Shown: positions 1 through 10,757, counted from the stretch's first letter. The stretch is 64,000 bases of DNA from an uncultured Rickettsiales bacterium (GCA_900550495.1 URSJ01000002.1:570-64569), one strand, 5' to 3'. The notes: a model not told the origin generated them from the letters alone. Translations and numbers: made by a program.

Positions 1-5
1 TATTT

Positions 6-857
6 ATGGGAACATTACTGGCATCATATAATCTGACCAAATCCAGCGAGAGCGTGATTGTATCCAGCGCAGGTCTGTCGCCATATCAGACAGCGCGTCC
101 ATTCTTGGTTGGTGCGACATTGATTGGTGTATTTGCTACAACTGTTATAAATCCTTATTCTGTTGAACTTAGCAATAAAAACATTACATCAGACCATCTG
201 AAATTGATTGATGGTGCAATCTGGCTGCGCGAGTCATCTGACAACGGATACATTACGATGAAGGCCAAAACGATGCATAAATCTGGCAATGGCTTGGATT
301 TCAAGAATGCAACAATTTATGTCCAGAACGAATCATTTAAACTGACCGCCCTGGTAGAGGCACAAACCGTTACCCTGGACGATGATGGCATGTCTGCAAA
401 ATCTGCGCACGTATGGGACGCAAACGGTATCGAAAAAAAGCATGATTGGTCAGTCAAAACGCGCCTGACACCACGCACGGTTCTGGATCGCTATCTGCAA
501 CCAGACCAGATTTCTTTTTGGCAACTGCCGTCGTTTATACGTAAAATGAATTCAATCGGTGCGCCGGTGCGTGGACACTTGGTGCAATTTTGGACTCTGC
601 TGTTCTTGCCACTGTCATTGATTGCAATGGCAACATTGGGCGTCGCCTTTTCTCAGACGCGCCAACGTCGCAACTACAGTTTTGGGACAAAATTCGCACT
701 GGGGGTTGTGACGTGTTTCGCATTGTATTTTTTAACAAACATGTTTAACGCATTGGGATCAACCGGCGCATTACCTGCAATACTGGCAATTGTCGCCCCC
801 CAGTTAATAATAATTGCGGCAGCGGCCACATTTATTACCAGTTTTGATACCATTTAA
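6..857 (+). CDS. LptF/LptG (YjgP/YjgQ) family LPS-export permease, C-terminal portion; frame is open to the window edge so the gene probably starts upstream
   Basis: The 283-aa ORF has a soluble middle region followed by three hydrophobic C-terminal helices (FWTLLFLPLSLIAMATLGVAF, ALGVVTCFALYFL, LAIVAPQLIIIAAAATFI), as in LptF/G permeases. Recognised from memory, not searched. Confidence 0.6.
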   Translation: MGTLLASYNLTKSSESVIVSSAGLSPYQTARPFLVGATLIGVFATTVINPYSVELSNKNITSDHLKLIDGAIWLRESSDNGYITMKAKTMHKSGNGLDFKNATIYVQNESFKLTALVEAQTVTLDDDGMSAKSAHVWDANGIEKKHDWSVKTRLTPRTVLDRYLQPDQISFWQLPSFIRKMNSIGAPVRGHLVQFWTLLFLPLSLIAMATLGVAFSQTRQRRNYSFGTKFALGVVTCFALYFLTNMFNALGSTGALPAILAIVAPQLIIIAAAATFITSFDTI

Positions 858-875
858 CCCAAAGGGGGAATTTAT

Positions 876-1013
876 ATGCCACTGAATAACAGACGTAAAA
901 ATTCAACACGTAAAAAAATTATTATCTGGGGATTGATAATTGTTCTGGTGGTGCTGATGACAATATCATTTCCCGCCCCACAGAACGTAACAGAAATCGT
1001 ATTGTATCCATGA
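876..1013 (+). CDS. 45-aa single-pass membrane micro-protein (basic N-terminus, one TM helix)
   Basis: The ATG lies 8 nt after an AAGGGGG Shine-Dalgarno-like site. It translates to MPLNNRRKNSTRKKIIIWGLIIVLVVLMTISFPAPQNVTEIVLYP. Its TGA overlaps the xerD ATG (ATGA). It is too short for the ORF track. Confidence 0.35.
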   Translation: MPLNNRRKNSTRKKIIIWGLIIVLVVLMTISFPAPQNVTEIVLYP

Positions 1014-1882
1014 ATTATATAGAGATTTTTTTAGAAGCCCTGGCCGCAGAAAAAGGACGCAGCGCAAAAACACTGGAAAGTTATGGCTTTGATTTGCGTG
1101 CCGCCGACGCTGCATTGCCGGGTGGCCTGATGACGGCGACGGGTGATGACATACAAAACTATTTGGCGTCCCTGCCTGATTGCGCCTCGTCGGTTGCGCG
1201 TCATGCCAGTGCACTGCGTGGATTTTATAAATTTTTAATGCTGGAAAAAATTATCAGCGAAAACCCAACCGCAAATCTGGAACTGCCGAAACGGTCACGC
1301 CCATTACCGAAATTTTTATCTGTGGACGAAATAGAATTACTGATTTCATCAGCTGGCGATATAAAAAATGCAACCCGTCTGCGTGCAATGATTGAATTGG
1401 TCTATGCGTCAGGATTGCGCGTATCAGAACTGTGCGAATTACCACTGACGGCGATTCTGGGCGATAAATTATTGATTCATGGCAAAGGGGCCAAAGAACG
1501 CATTGTCCCAATGCACGCAGGCGCAATCGCTGCATTGCAAAAATGGCTGGCCGTGCGCGATGATGAAAAATCAAAATATGTGTTTCCTGGTGGTGGCGCA
1601 TCCGGCCACATAACCCGTGATGGATTTTTCAAGATACTGAAAAAATGTGCTGTTTTGGCCGGTATTGATGCGCATCGCGTATCACCACACGTATTAAGAC
1701 ATTCGTTTGCGTCGCATTTGTTGGCCGGTGGTGCAAACCTGCGCGCGATACAAACAATGCTGGGCCACGAAGATATTTCAACAACACAAATTTACACCCA
1801 CGTAATGCCTGAACAATTACGCGAAACGGTCGTTATGCATCACCCACTGGGACATGCGAAATCAATGGACGATATAAAATGA
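1010..1882 (+). CDS. xerD: Tyrosine site-specific recombinase XerD (XerC/XerD family)
   Basis: The N-terminal SAM-like domain (FLEALAAEKGRSAKTLESYGFDL) and the catalytic domain with R...HxLRHSFA...GH...T.IYTH tyrosine motif are present (HVLRHSFASHLL, LGHEDISTTQIYTHV). Confidence 0.75.
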   Translation: MNYIEIFLEALAAEKGRSAKTLESYGFDLRAADAALPGGLMTATGDDIQNYLASLPDCASSVARHASALRGFYKFLMLEKIISENPTANLELPKRSRPLPKFLSVDEIELLISSAGDIKNATRLRAMIELVYASGLRVSELCELPLTAILGDKLLIHGKGAKERIVPMHAGAIAALQKWLAVRDDEKSKYVFPGGGASGHITRDGFFKILKKCAVLAGIDAHRVSPHVLRHSFASHLLAGGANLRAIQTMLGHEDISTTQIYTHVMPEQLRETVVMHHPLGHAKSMDDIK

Positions 1883-2376
1883 TACGAAAATGTGATCATA
1901 CAGGCTGCACCAAGGCCGGTACGTGTCGCGCACCTAAATCGCGTGACCTGCGCGAGTATTGGTGGTTTTGCCAGGAACATGCCGCAGAATACAACAAAAA
2001 CTGGAATTTCTATGCCGATATGACCCCAGACGAGATAGAGGCTGATTGGGAACGTCAAACATTTGGCGCACCGCTAAAAGACAAAGAAACCGCCAACAAA
2101 GACGAAGCGGACTATGTAAAATTCCTGAACGATTTTATCACCGGTCGCAGTGCGTTTGACCATGTTGCGCCAAAACCGCGCGTCAGTGCCACAATCAGCA
2201 ATGCCTTGCGTACACTGGGTCTGCCGCCGACGGCCACCCTGCGCGAGGCCAGTGCAAAATACCGCGCATTGGCAAAAAAATACCACCCAGATACAGGTGG
2301 CAGCGCAAACGCCAGCGAATTTACAAAAATCAATACCGCATACCAAACACTGAAAAAACACTTTGGAAAAAAATAG
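1879..2376 (+). CDS. J-domain (DnaJ-like) protein with Cys-containing N-terminal module
   Basis: A C-terminal J domain with the HPD motif is present (YRALAKKYHPDTGG). The N-terminus reads CDHTGCTKAGTCRAP...WWFCQEHAAEYNKNW. An ATGA overlap with the xerD stop suggests co-translation. Confidence 0.7.
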   Translation: MIRKCDHTGCTKAGTCRAPKSRDLREYWWFCQEHAAEYNKNWNFYADMTPDEIEADWERQTFGAPLKDKETANKDEADYVKFLNDFITGRSAFDHVAPKPRVSATISNALRTLGLPPTATLREASAKYRALAKKYHPDTGGSANASEFTKINTAYQTLKKHFGKK

Positions 2377-2391
2377 ACTTTATTACGAATA

Positions 2392-2479
2392 AATTAGAAT
2401 GGTGCAGATGGTGTGTAAGGCGAAGTGCACAACCAGTTACATGAGCCGCCGCCCCGCGTACCAGATGCGCCATTATAAC
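2392..2479. repeat. Long imperfect palindrome, copy A of a dispersed hairpin family (termini AATTAGAATGG...CCATTATAA)
   Basis: The 5' arm ggtgcagatggtgtg pairs with the 3' arm cgcgtaccagatgcgcc. The central segment ends in the shared TACATGAG motif. Confidence 0.6.
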
Positions 2480-2491
2480 TTTATTTGAATG

Positions 2492-2585
2492 AATTAGAAT
2501 GGTGGTAGATACGCTAAAACCCGCCAACGTAGTGTACAGACGCTACATGAGTTGGCGGGTTTTAGCGGAGATACCCCATTATAAT
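2492..2585. repeat. Long imperfect palindrome, copy B (same termini as copy A); its distal end supplies the trxB stop codon
   Basis: The arm gctaaaacccgccaac pairs with gttggcgggttttagc around the loop GTAGTGTACAGACGCTACATGA. The termini are aattagaatggtgg and ccccattataat. Confidence 0.65.
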
Positions 2586-3484
2586 TTATTCAGGTATGCG
2601 ATAGCGTCCATGGCCGCACTGCACCCAGTCCCGACAGCAGTTGCGATTTGCATTTTCATATCAGATTCAACATCACCAGCGACAAAAATACCAGTAGGCA
2701 AATCGCCAGGACGCAGACGTCCCATACCGTCACGTGCGACATCTTCGGTCAAGAAATCTGTGTTGGCTTCGTGGCCGATAGCAACAAACAGACCATCTGT
2801 GACGATTTTTTCGTCGGCTGCGGTTGTCACAACCAGGCGGTCATCATCGGTTGCAGCAATCTGTGTCAAATCCGTATTGAACAGACATTCTATGTTTTCA
2901 CGTTCTGCAACGCGACTGCGCAGAATTTCTTCGGCACGGGTAAATGCCCCCTTGCGATAAACGATTTTCACATTTTTGGCAATATCGGCCAGATACAAAG
3001 CATCATTCAATGCGCTGTTTCCGCCCCCCATGACCATAACATCTTTGCCGTAATAGAAAAATCCGTCACATGTTGCGCAATATGATACGCCACGCCCGAA
3101 CAATTCACGTGCACCGATGATTTCCAGTTTTCTGGGCGACGCCCCCGTTGCGATAATGACAGATTTACCGACATATTTTTTGCCATTGCTGGCCGTCAAA
3201 TTAAATGCCCCAACGGCATCACCAGCGATTTCCCGAACCGATGTCGCGACAAATTCCGCCCCGAACGAAGCAGCCTGATTTTTCATAAATTCAGCCAGTT
3301 CTGCGCCAGACCCCGCCCAACCCGGATAATTTTCTAATTTATCAATCCCTGCCATTTGACCGCCCAGCGTATCCCCCCCCAGGACAATCGTCTTTTTCCC
3401 ACCGCGTGCGCAATACAACGCCGCTGTCAATCCGGCCGGTCCAGAACCCATAATAATTACATCATACATAACAATATCGTTCAT
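2579..3484 (-). CDS. trxB: Thioredoxin-disulfide reductase
   Basis: An FAD GxGxxG motif lies at the N-terminus (IIMGSGPAGLTAALY). The CATCDG redox-active disulfide and the NADPH motif GGGNSA are both present. I placed the start at MNDIV rather than at the upstream in-frame Met. Confidence 0.9.
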   Translation of the reverse strand: MNDIVMYDVIIMGSGPAGLTAALYCARGGKKTIVLGGDTLGGQMAGIDKLENYPGWAGSGAELAEFMKNQAASFGAEFVATSVREIAGDAVGAFNLTASNGKKYVGKSVIIATGASPRKLEIIGARELFGRGVSYCATCDGFFYYGKDVMVMGGGNSALNDALYLADIAKNVKIVYRKGAFTRAEEILRSRVAERENIECLFNTDLTQIAATDDDRLVVTTAADEKIVTDGLFVAIGHEANTDFLTEDVARDGMGRLRPGDLPTGIFVAGDVESDMKMQIATAVGTGCSAAMDAIAYLNKL

Positions 3485-3738
3485 AACAGACTCTCTTTCT
3501 TTGCTTTCGTTTGGCCCAGCATAGCACAACGACACATTTCATGCAATTCAAAGATTTGATTGATTTTTTTATCGGTTAAAGTTACAATATACATCATGAT
3601 AATACAAAGTTATGTATTTTTCAGTCGCACATCATCCCCGTTGGGGGAATAATTTTCACATATTTAATTACATAAAATAATTGCGATTTACATCGCACGA
3701 CCTTATTATAATCACATATAAACACAAGGATTTGTAAA

Positions 3739-5016
3739 ATGTTGGATATTAGATTTATCCGTGAAAATCCAGACTTGGTAAAAAACGCATGCCAGGTCAA
3801 AGGGTTTGACGATAATGTTAATGAAATTTTGGCACTGGACGCACGTGTTCGCGAATTAAAGACCACGACACAATCTATGACCGCTGAAAAAAACAAGATT
3901 ACACGCGAAATTCCAACTGCGTCTGACAAGGCACCGTTGATTGCGCGCAGCAAAGAAATCGCAAACGAAATCGCCGCCGATATGGCGGAATTGGCCGACA
4001 AAGAAGCGGTGCTGAACGATTTAATGCACCGCGTTCCGCAAATTCCAGACGCGTCTGCCCCGATTGGCCCCGACGACAGTTTTAATACCGAGATTCGTCG
4101 TGTTGGCACACCGCGCGAATTTGATTTTGCGCCACGGGCCCAGTGGGACCTGTTGGATATGAACGGCTGGTGGTTGCCTGAAAAAATCGGCAAGATTTGT
4201 GGCACACGCACATACGCCCTGGTGGGCGAAGCGGCCGAATTACAACTGGCGATTGAAACATATGTTATTCAAAAATTGATTGCCAAGGGATTCACGTTTA
4301 TTGAATGCCCATCTATCACAAAGCCCCAGACAATTTTTGACGCGGGCCATTTTATGGGTTCTGACCTGGCGGTGATGGATAATGATGTGTTTATGCTGGC
4401 CGGAACCGACCGTTGTCTGACCGGGACCGCAGAAATCATTTTGAATTCGCTGCACAGTGGCGAAATTCTGAACGAACGCGATTTACCAATTAAATACGCC
4501 GGATTTTCGCCGTGTTTCCGCAAAGAGGCCGGTGCCGCCGGTCGCGACACACGCGGACTTGCCCGGTTTCACCAGTTTAACAAGGTGGAACAATACATCT
4601 ATTGCACACCAGCGCAATCAAACGAAATGCACGAACACATTTTGAATAATCTGTGCGAGGTCATAGAAGATTTAGAATTGCCATACCGTGTGATTGCAAA
4701 TTCTACGGGCGATATGGGATTTAACAAGGTAAAAATGAACGATATAGAAGCGTGGGTTCCGTCGGAAAACGCATACAAAGAACTGGGCAGCTGTTCGTCA
4801 ATCGGTCAATTCCAAGCACGCCGCACCAACACACGCTATCGCGACAAAAACGGCGATGTGCAATTTGTTGCGACGCTGAACAACACGGGTATTGCTGTGC
4901 CACGTGCATTAGTTCCAATTCTGGAAAATCATCAAAATGCCGACGGCAGTGTAAATATCCCAAAAAAATTGCAACCATTGATGGGTGGTCGCACCAAGAT
5001 CGGTGGCAAACATTAA
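3739..5016 (+). CDS. serS: Serine--tRNA ligase
   Basis: The N-terminus [14 protein letters not shown] leads into a coiled-coil arm, and class II motifs are present ([36 protein letters not shown]). Confidence 0.92.
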   Translation: MLDIRFIRENPDLVKNACQVKGFDDNVNEILALDARVRELKTTTQSMTAEKNKITREIPTASDKAPLIARSKEIANEIAADMAELADKEAVLNDLMHRVPQIPDASAPIGPDDSFNTEIRRVGTPREFDFAPRAQWDLLDMNGWWLPEKIGKICGTRTYALVGEAAELQLAIETYVIQKLIAKGFTFIECPSITKPQTIFDAGHFMGSDLAVMDNDVFMLAGTDRCLTGTAEIILNSLHSGEILNERDLPIKYAGFSPCFRKEAGAAGRDTRGLARFHQFNKVEQYIYCTPAQSNEMHEHILNNLCEVIEDLELPYRVIANSTGDMGFNKVKMNDIEAWVPSENAYKELGSCSSIGQFQARRTNTRYRDKNGDVQFVATLNNTGIAVPRALVPILENHQNADGSVNIPKKLQPLMGGRTKIGGKH

Positions 5017-5042
5017 AAAACGGGGCGTTGCCCCGTTTTTTT
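5015..5042 (+). terminator. Rho-independent terminator after serS
   Basis: The hairpin aacggggc-gtt-gccccgtt is followed by a T-run. Confidence 0.75.
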
Positions 5043-5169
5043 ATCGCATACTGTATCACAACACGCCTTTGTCATGGTAATAATTATTATATAATTTTTT
5101 TGTATATTTCTTGAAAATTCAAAAATATGGTATAATCTAGCGTTTACGGAAAAATTATAAGGCATACAG

Positions 5170-7002
5170 ATGAAAATTCGCAATATTGCAATCATTGCAC
5201 ACGTTGACCACGGCAAAACAACCCTGGTTGACAATATGTTAAAACAGGCCGGCACGTTCCGCGCCAACGAACGGGTCGAAGAACGCGTTATGGACAGTGG
5301 CGACATTGAACGTGAACGTGGCATTACCATATCGGCCAAACCCACATCAATCCAGTGGCACGATTATAAAATCAATATCGTTGACACACCGGGACACGCA
5401 GACTTTGGCGGCGAAGTGGAACGCATCTTGTCTATGGTTGACGGTGTGGTTTTGCTGGTTGACGCGTCCGAAGGGCCCCTGCCCCAGACCAAGTTTGTTT
5501 TGTCCAAGGCATTAAAATTGGGCCTGCGTCCGATTGTCTGCATAAACAAGGTTGACCGTTCTGACGCCCGTCCTGACGAAGTGCTGAGTGAAACATTTGA
5601 CCTGTTTGATAAATTAGGCGCAACAGATGCCCAGTTGGATTTCCCGTATCTGTATGCCGTCGGTCGCGATGGTTGGGCGGTGCGTGATTTAAATGACGAA
5701 CACAAAGATTTAACCCCACTGTTCCAGTTGATTGTTGACCACGTTCCGGCCCCTGATTGCAATGGCACACGTTGCCAACTGGACGCGCCATTTTCTATGT
5801 TGGCCACAACATTAGAAGCGGACCCGTATGTTGGTCGTATTCTGACAGGAAAAATTGAATCTGGAACCGTGCGTGTCGGCCAAAGCGTCAAGGCTATAAA
5901 TATGAAGGGCGAATTTATTGAAAACGCCAAGATTACAAAAATCATTGAACATCACGGTGTTGAAAAAATTTCACGTGACAGCGCATCGGCCGGCGACATT
6001 GTCGTTATTGCCGGATTTTCCAAGGCAACTGTGTCCGACACCCTGTGTGACCCATCTGTTACAGAACCAATTCCGGCCATGCCAATTGACCCACCAACCC
6101 TGACAATGACATTTTTCGTGAACACATCGCCATTGGCTGGCAAATCTGGTAAAAAATTGACGTCGCGTATGATTGGCGAACGCTTGTTCAAAGAAGCGGA
6201 AACAAATATCGCCCTGCGCGTCACACAAAGCGAAAATAACGAAGCATTTGAAGTATCAGGTCGTGGCGAATTACAATTAGGGATTCTGATTGAAACAATG
6301 CGCCGCGAAGGTTTTGAATTATCTGTATCACGTCCACGCGTTGTTATGCACGATGGCGAAAACGGCGAAAAACTGGAACCTATTGAAGAAGTTGTGATTG
6401 ACGTTGACGATGAATTTTCTGGCGTCGTTATTGAAAAGATGACCAAGCGCAAAGCGACAATCACAGAAATGAAAGCGTCTGGCGCAGGCAAAACCCGTAT
6501 CGTATTTTCGGCACCATCACGTGGGCTAATTGGGTATTTGTCTGAATTCCGCACAGACACCCGTGGCACAGGCATTATGAACCGCGTGTTTGATAAATAC
6601 GCCCCATATCGTGGCCCGATTATGCAATATCGTCCGGGCGTGCTGGTATCAATGGAAAACGGCGTAACGGCGACGTATGCGTTGTTTAATCTGCAACCAC
6701 GCGGAACGCTGTTTGTTGGCCCCCAGACCGAGGTTTATTCTGGTATGATTATCGGCGAACACAGCAAAGAAAACGATTTGGAAGTGAACCCAGTCAAGGG
6801 CAAAGAACTGACCAATATGCGCAGTGTGACCGCCGATGAAAAACTGTTCTTGGCCCCACCGCGCAAAATGTCACTGGAAGAATCACTGTCATACATTTTA
6901 GATGATGAACTGGTCGAAGTGACGCCTGCGACAATTCGTCTGCGCAAAAAAGAATTGGACAGCAACATTCGTAAAAAGACGCGTAAAAACGTTGAAATGT
7001 AA
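5170..7002 (+). CDS. typA: Translational GTPase TypA/BipA
   Basis: GTPase motifs [17 protein letters not shown] and NKVD are present. The length and EF-G-like domain order match BipA. Confidence 0.92.
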   Translation: MKIRNIAIIAHVDHGKTTLVDNMLKQAGTFRANERVEERVMDSGDIERERGITISAKPTSIQWHDYKINIVDTPGHADFGGEVERILSMVDGVVLLVDASEGPLPQTKFVLSKALKLGLRPIVCINKVDRSDARPDEVLSETFDLFDKLGATDAQLDFPYLYAVGRDGWAVRDLNDEHKDLTPLFQLIVDHVPAPDCNGTRCQLDAPFSMLATTLEADPYVGRILTGKIESGTVRVGQSVKAINMKGEFIENAKITKIIEHHGVEKISRDSASAGDIVVIAGFSKATVSDTLCDPSVTEPIPAMPIDPPTLTMTFFVNTSPLAGKSGKKLTSRMIGERLFKEAETNIALRVTQSENNEAFEVSGRGELQLGILIETMRREGFELSVSRPRVVMHDGENGEKLEPIEEVVIDVDDEFSGVVIEKMTKRKATITEMKASGAGKTRIVFSAPSRGLIGYLSEFRTDTRGTGIMNRVFDKYAPYRGPIMQYRPGVLVSMENGVTATYALFNLQPRGTLFVGPQTEVYSGMIIGEHSKENDLEVNPVKGKELTNMRSVTADEKLFLAPPRKMSLEESLSYILDDELVEVTPATIRLRKKELDSNIRKKTRKNVEM

Positions 7003-7008
7003 AACATA

Positions 7009-7037
7009 CAGCGTCCACTATTTGGACGCTGTTTTTT
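7009..7037 (+). terminator. Rho-independent terminator after typA
   Basis: The hairpin cagcgtcca-ctattt-ggacgctg is followed by TTTTTT. Confidence 0.75.
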
Positions 7038-7091
7038 ATTGAATCACACACGAACTCCATTTAATATATGATAATATACAGGAGTGTGATT

Positions 7092-8015
7092 ATGGCATTA
7101 CCCACAATATCAAAAACCAGAAAATTTATATCCACTGCATTGACTTGTTGGATACCAATAAAATCATACAGACGTGCATTTCGTGGCATATTACAGTTGG
7201 GTGTTAAAAATTATTTTCATGTATTACACAATGACCGCAACACTATATTCCCCGTTGAATTGGCCGTTGGTGCTATAATGAAAGACGAAGGCGCATATTT
7301 GAAAGAATGGCTAGATTTTCATATTTTGGTCGGGGTTGGAAAATTCTATTTATACGACAACGGTTCAACCGATAATACAACTGAAATTTTGAAACCATAT
7401 ATTGACCAAGGCATCGTTGAATACCATTATTTTCCAGGGAAACGTATGCAAGCGCCCGCATATGTTGAAATATTAAATAATCATTCAAATGATTCACGCT
7501 GGCTGGCACTGATTGACTTGGACGAGTTTCTTGTACCGGTAAATCATAAAACAGTACCAGAATTTTTACACACAATGCCCCAGAATTTTGCCCAGTTGGC
7601 TGTGACATGGGTAATGTACGGTTCGTCTGGACATATTGAAAAACCAGATGGTCTGGTAATTGAAAATTACAAATATCGTGCCATACGTCAAAGTGGAATT
7701 AAATCTATTATAAATCCACGCTTGTTCTTGAAATTGCACAGTTTGCACGCCAATCTGGTTGGTGGATTTACAATTGATAACAACGGCAAAAAACTGGGGC
7801 GCATCAATCAAACTAATAACCCACCACCGTACAACCAATTACGTTGCAATCACTATTATACAAAATCTTTCAACGAATACATGGCAAAGTTCAATCGTGG
7901 CACCGCCACAGGACAAAGCAGTGCTTATCGTGGGCCTGATAAATTTCGCCAGTATGATTTGAACGAAGTTTATGATACGATTATGGATAAATACATAGAG
8001 CAGTTAAAAAAATAA
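7092..8015 (+). CDS. Glycosyltransferase, family 92-like
   Basis: Motifs EGAYLKEWLDFHILVGVGKFYLYDNGSTDNT and LIDLDEFLVP (DxDEF) are typical of GT92. An AGGAG site lies 7 nt before the ATG at 7092, which is in frame with the longer ORF from 7068. Confidence 0.6.
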   Translation: MALPTISKTRKFISTALTCWIPIKSYRRAFRGILQLGVKNYFHVLHNDRNTIFPVELAVGAIMKDEGAYLKEWLDFHILVGVGKFYLYDNGSTDNTTEILKPYIDQGIVEYHYFPGKRMQAPAYVEILNNHSNDSRWLALIDLDEFLVPVNHKTVPEFLHTMPQNFAQLAVTWVMYGSSGHIEKPDGLVIENYKYRAIRQSGIKSIINPRLFLKLHSLHANLVGGFTIDNNGKKLGRINQTNNPPPYNQLRCNHYYTKSFNEYMAKFNRGTATGQSSAYRGPDKFRQYDLNEVYDTIMDKYIEQLKK

Positions 8016-8860
8016 TGACACGACGTCTTTTTCTTTTCGCGGGCTATAACGCCCATGGGTTAATTGATGAATCTCTGATTTTTTATATTCGGGCATTGTC
8101 CAAATGTGGCGATGTGATTTTGTGCATGGATTCTGATTGCAGTGATTCAGAACTGAAAAAAATCACACCATATGTTTTGCACGCGACCGCGCAACGTCAC
8201 AGCGAATATGATTTTGGCTCATACAAACGCGCATACTTGTACGCGGTAGACACGGGGATTCTGGATAAATACGATTTCGTGTATATGGTCAATGATTCCG
8301 TGTATGGCCCAATGATGGACATAGAACCATCACTGCGTAAAATGGAACAATTAAACTGTGATGTATTTGGTCTGGCATACAACAGGGCATCGTCGCGCCC
8401 ACACATTCAATCGTGGTTTATTGGTATGCGCAAAAATGTATTTTTATCCCCATGGTACGATGAATTTATGCGCGCTATTACCCATCAGCCGGACAAAGGG
8501 TCAATTACATACCTGTACGAACAAGGGTTCAGCGAAATGCTGCGCGCGCACAACGTTAAATTTAATTGTTTATACAGTTGCCCAGGGCGCAGTGTGTATA
8601 ACAACGTTGCCGCCCTGTTCCGTCGCGGTATGCCATTTATGAAAAAGGTTGCATTTAATCGTTGCAATGGCGCACTGGGTAACCGCATTTTATACATTTT
8701 GAATCATGTATCGCCCGCGACACGTAATATGATTTTGACATCGGCCCAACAACAATATGGCGACGAATATATACGCTGGCTGTTGACACGCAATCCAATA
8801 AAAATTTGGTATCGTCATATCAAACATGCATTACGCAAAATATTTATCGAAGGATTATAA
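8015..8860 (+). CDS. Rhamnan-synthesis protein F (RgpF)-like polysaccharide biosynthesis protein
   Basis: The motifs YDFGSYKRAYLY and MVNDSVYGP match my memory of the RgpF family. The start overlaps the previous stop (TAATG). Confidence 0.5.
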   Translation: MTRRLFLFAGYNAHGLIDESLIFYIRALSKCGDVILCMDSDCSDSELKKITPYVLHATAQRHSEYDFGSYKRAYLYAVDTGILDKYDFVYMVNDSVYGPMMDIEPSLRKMEQLNCDVFGLAYNRASSRPHIQSWFIGMRKNVFLSPWYDEFMRAITHQPDKGSITYLYEQGFSEMLRAHNVKFNCLYSCPGRSVYNNVAALFRRGMPFMKKVAFNRCNGALGNRILYILNHVSPATRNMILTSAQQQYGDEYIRWLLTRNPIKIWYRHIKHALRKIFIEGL

Positions 8861-9712
8861 ATGAAAAAAACACATCAAAAAAAATCAGACATTCGCATTG
8901 CTGCCGTAACGATGGCTCGTAATGATGAATTTTTCTTGAACCGCTGGATTAAATATTATGGCGGACAAATTGGGTCTGAAAATTTATACATTTATTTGGA
9001 CGGACTGGACCAGAAAATCCCATCGGGTCATGCAAACGCCAATATCACAAAACTGCCCCATCGTGACGAAGAACGTCAACGCGGTGACAAAACGCGCATA
9101 TTGCTGTTATCTGATTTGGCAAAAAAATTATTTGCCGATGGCTATGATATTGTTATCGGTTGTGACTGTGATGAATTTTTAATTGTTGACCATGACCTCA
9201 AAACAACATTGCCACAATATTTATCTGGTATAAAAAATCGCATAACAGTATCTGGATTGGGTCTGGACGTTGGAATGGATTTGGAATCTGAAAAACCGTT
9301 GGATATGAATGCACCATTTTTGACCCAGCGCAAATACGCGGTTCTGTCCACGCGTTATACAAAACCAGTTGTCTTGTTCCGCCCCCGCACCTGGGGCAGT
9401 GGTTTCCACAGTGTCAAGGGAACAAATTTCCACATTGATAAAAACCTGTACTTGTTGCATTTTGGCGGCGTGGATTTAGATATGATAAAAAATAAAATCG
9501 GCGACCGCACTGCATCGTGGGGCGCACACCTGAAAAAGCGCGCCCGCACAATTGATATTATCACGCACGCAAAAAACAAGAATCGGTCAATGCGTACCGC
9601 GCGCATATTGCAGACATTCCTGCGTCCGATTTATGATTTGAACAAACCTGCAATGCTGGGATTAAAATGGGTCACGACAATTCCAAGGCGTTTTGAAAAA
9701 ACCAGAATCTAA
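8861..9712 (+). CDS. Putative glycosyltransferase (GT2/GT92-like)
   Basis: The sequence AAVTMARNDEFFLNRWIKYYGG...YIYLDG and CDCDEFLIV (DxDEF-type motif) is present. The ATG directly follows the upstream stop. Confidence 0.45.
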   Translation: MKKTHQKKSDIRIAAVTMARNDEFFLNRWIKYYGGQIGSENLYIYLDGLDQKIPSGHANANITKLPHRDEERQRGDKTRILLLSDLAKKLFADGYDIVIGCDCDEFLIVDHDLKTTLPQYLSGIKNRITVSGLGLDVGMDLESEKPLDMNAPFLTQRKYAVLSTRYTKPVVLFRPRTWGSGFHSVKGTNFHIDKNLYLLHFGGVDLDMIKNKIGDRTASWGAHLKKRARTIDIITHAKNKNRSMRTARILQTFLRPIYDLNKPAMLGLKWVTTIPRRFEKTRI

Positions 9713-9722
9713 CGTGCGCCAA

Positions 9723-10757
9723 CTATTTGCCGTTTTGGATAAACGCATAAATACGTTTTTGATATTTGCGTGCGCGACGATTTTGTGGTGCGTCACACAC
9801 ACCAAAATTTACCAATCGTTTAAACGCACGTCGTGCCGCCAATATATCAGACCGCTTGTCCAACCCACATCGCACACGCATCGCCGTGATTATAAATGGC
9901 CATAAAAATTCACGTGCATAGTATTTCTGAACATCTGGTGACGAATCCTGATAAACGTTGTATGCGTATTCCAGCCCGACACACAGCGATTCAATCATTC
10001 GCAATGATTTAGAACTGTTCAATATAGACGTCGGATTTGGGGTGTAAAAATACAACACAGAATCTAATATCACAGTCCTTGGATTGCGCGCGATAATCGC
10101 AGACCACCACGGAAAATCTTCCATAATAATTCCACGAATAAAGGGCACATCTGCAATCAAACTGCGTCGATACAGGCACAAAACCGGAAAGCAATGACGG
10201 CGTACCGGCCGGCACACGCGCCACGTGTGATTGCGTTCTGTGCAATGAAACAGAATATCATCTGTCACACAGCCCAATATATTACGTCCATCATACCGTC
10301 GTGAAAATTCTCCTGGGATAACGTCTGACACATCTATTCCGCGTTGCATCAATCGGCGCAAACGTCGGTGTGATTTTTCATTATATTTAAACGACACCAT
10401 ATCCGCCCCATGACAAATTGCCATATTATGCGTTATTTCCAACGTCTGGGGGTGAATAAAATCATCACTGTCCAAGAATAAAACAAAATCCCCACGCGCT
10501 GCGGCCACACCAACATTTCGCGCATCAGACAAACCGCCATTATCCTTGTGTATGACACGAAATCGCGAATCACGCCGCGCATACTTCGCCAGTATTTTTG
10601 CGCTGTTGTCTGGACTGCCATCATTGACACAAATCGCTTCCCAATCTGAAAAGGTTTGATTCAATACGCTATCCAGACATCTGGACAAATATTTTTCAAC
10701 GTTATATACCGGTATTATTACCGAAATAACAGGCTTATTTTGCATTGCAACACCCAC
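9723..10757 (-). CDS. Family 2 glycosyltransferase (paralogue 1 of tandem pair)
   Basis: SVIIPVYNVEKYLSRCLDSVLNQTF...NDGSPD...DSDD is the canonical GT2 N-terminal fold. The start is ambiguous (10757 or 10745). Confidence 0.8.
   Translation of the reverse strand: MGVAMQNKPVISVIIPVYNVEKYLSRCLDSVLNQTFSDWEAICVNDGSPDNSAKILAKYARRDSRFRVIHKDNGGLSDARNVGVAAARGDFVLFLDSDDFIHPQTLEITHNMAICHGADMVSFKYNEKSHRRLRRLMQRGIDVSDVIPGEFSRRYDGRNILGCVTDDILFHCTERNHTWRVCRPVRRHCFPVLCLYRRSLIADVPFIRGIIMEDFPWWSAIIARNPRTVILDSVLYFYTPNPTSILNSSKSLRMIESLCVGLEYAYNVYQDSSPDVQKYYAREFLWPFIITAMRVRCGLDKRSDILAARRAFKRLVNFGVCDAPQNRRARKYQKRIYAFIQNGK

Noticed and set aside
3621-4211. A 196-aa minus-strand ORF overlapping the serS 5' half.
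   Set aside because: It is antisense to serS, has no recognisable motifs, and crosses the serS promoter region.
5364-6575. Long minus-strand ORFs (193 aa, 119 aa, 207 aa) inside typA.
   Set aside because: They are antisense shadows of a highly conserved GTPase gene. They have low-complexity Ser/Arg-rich translations and no start context.
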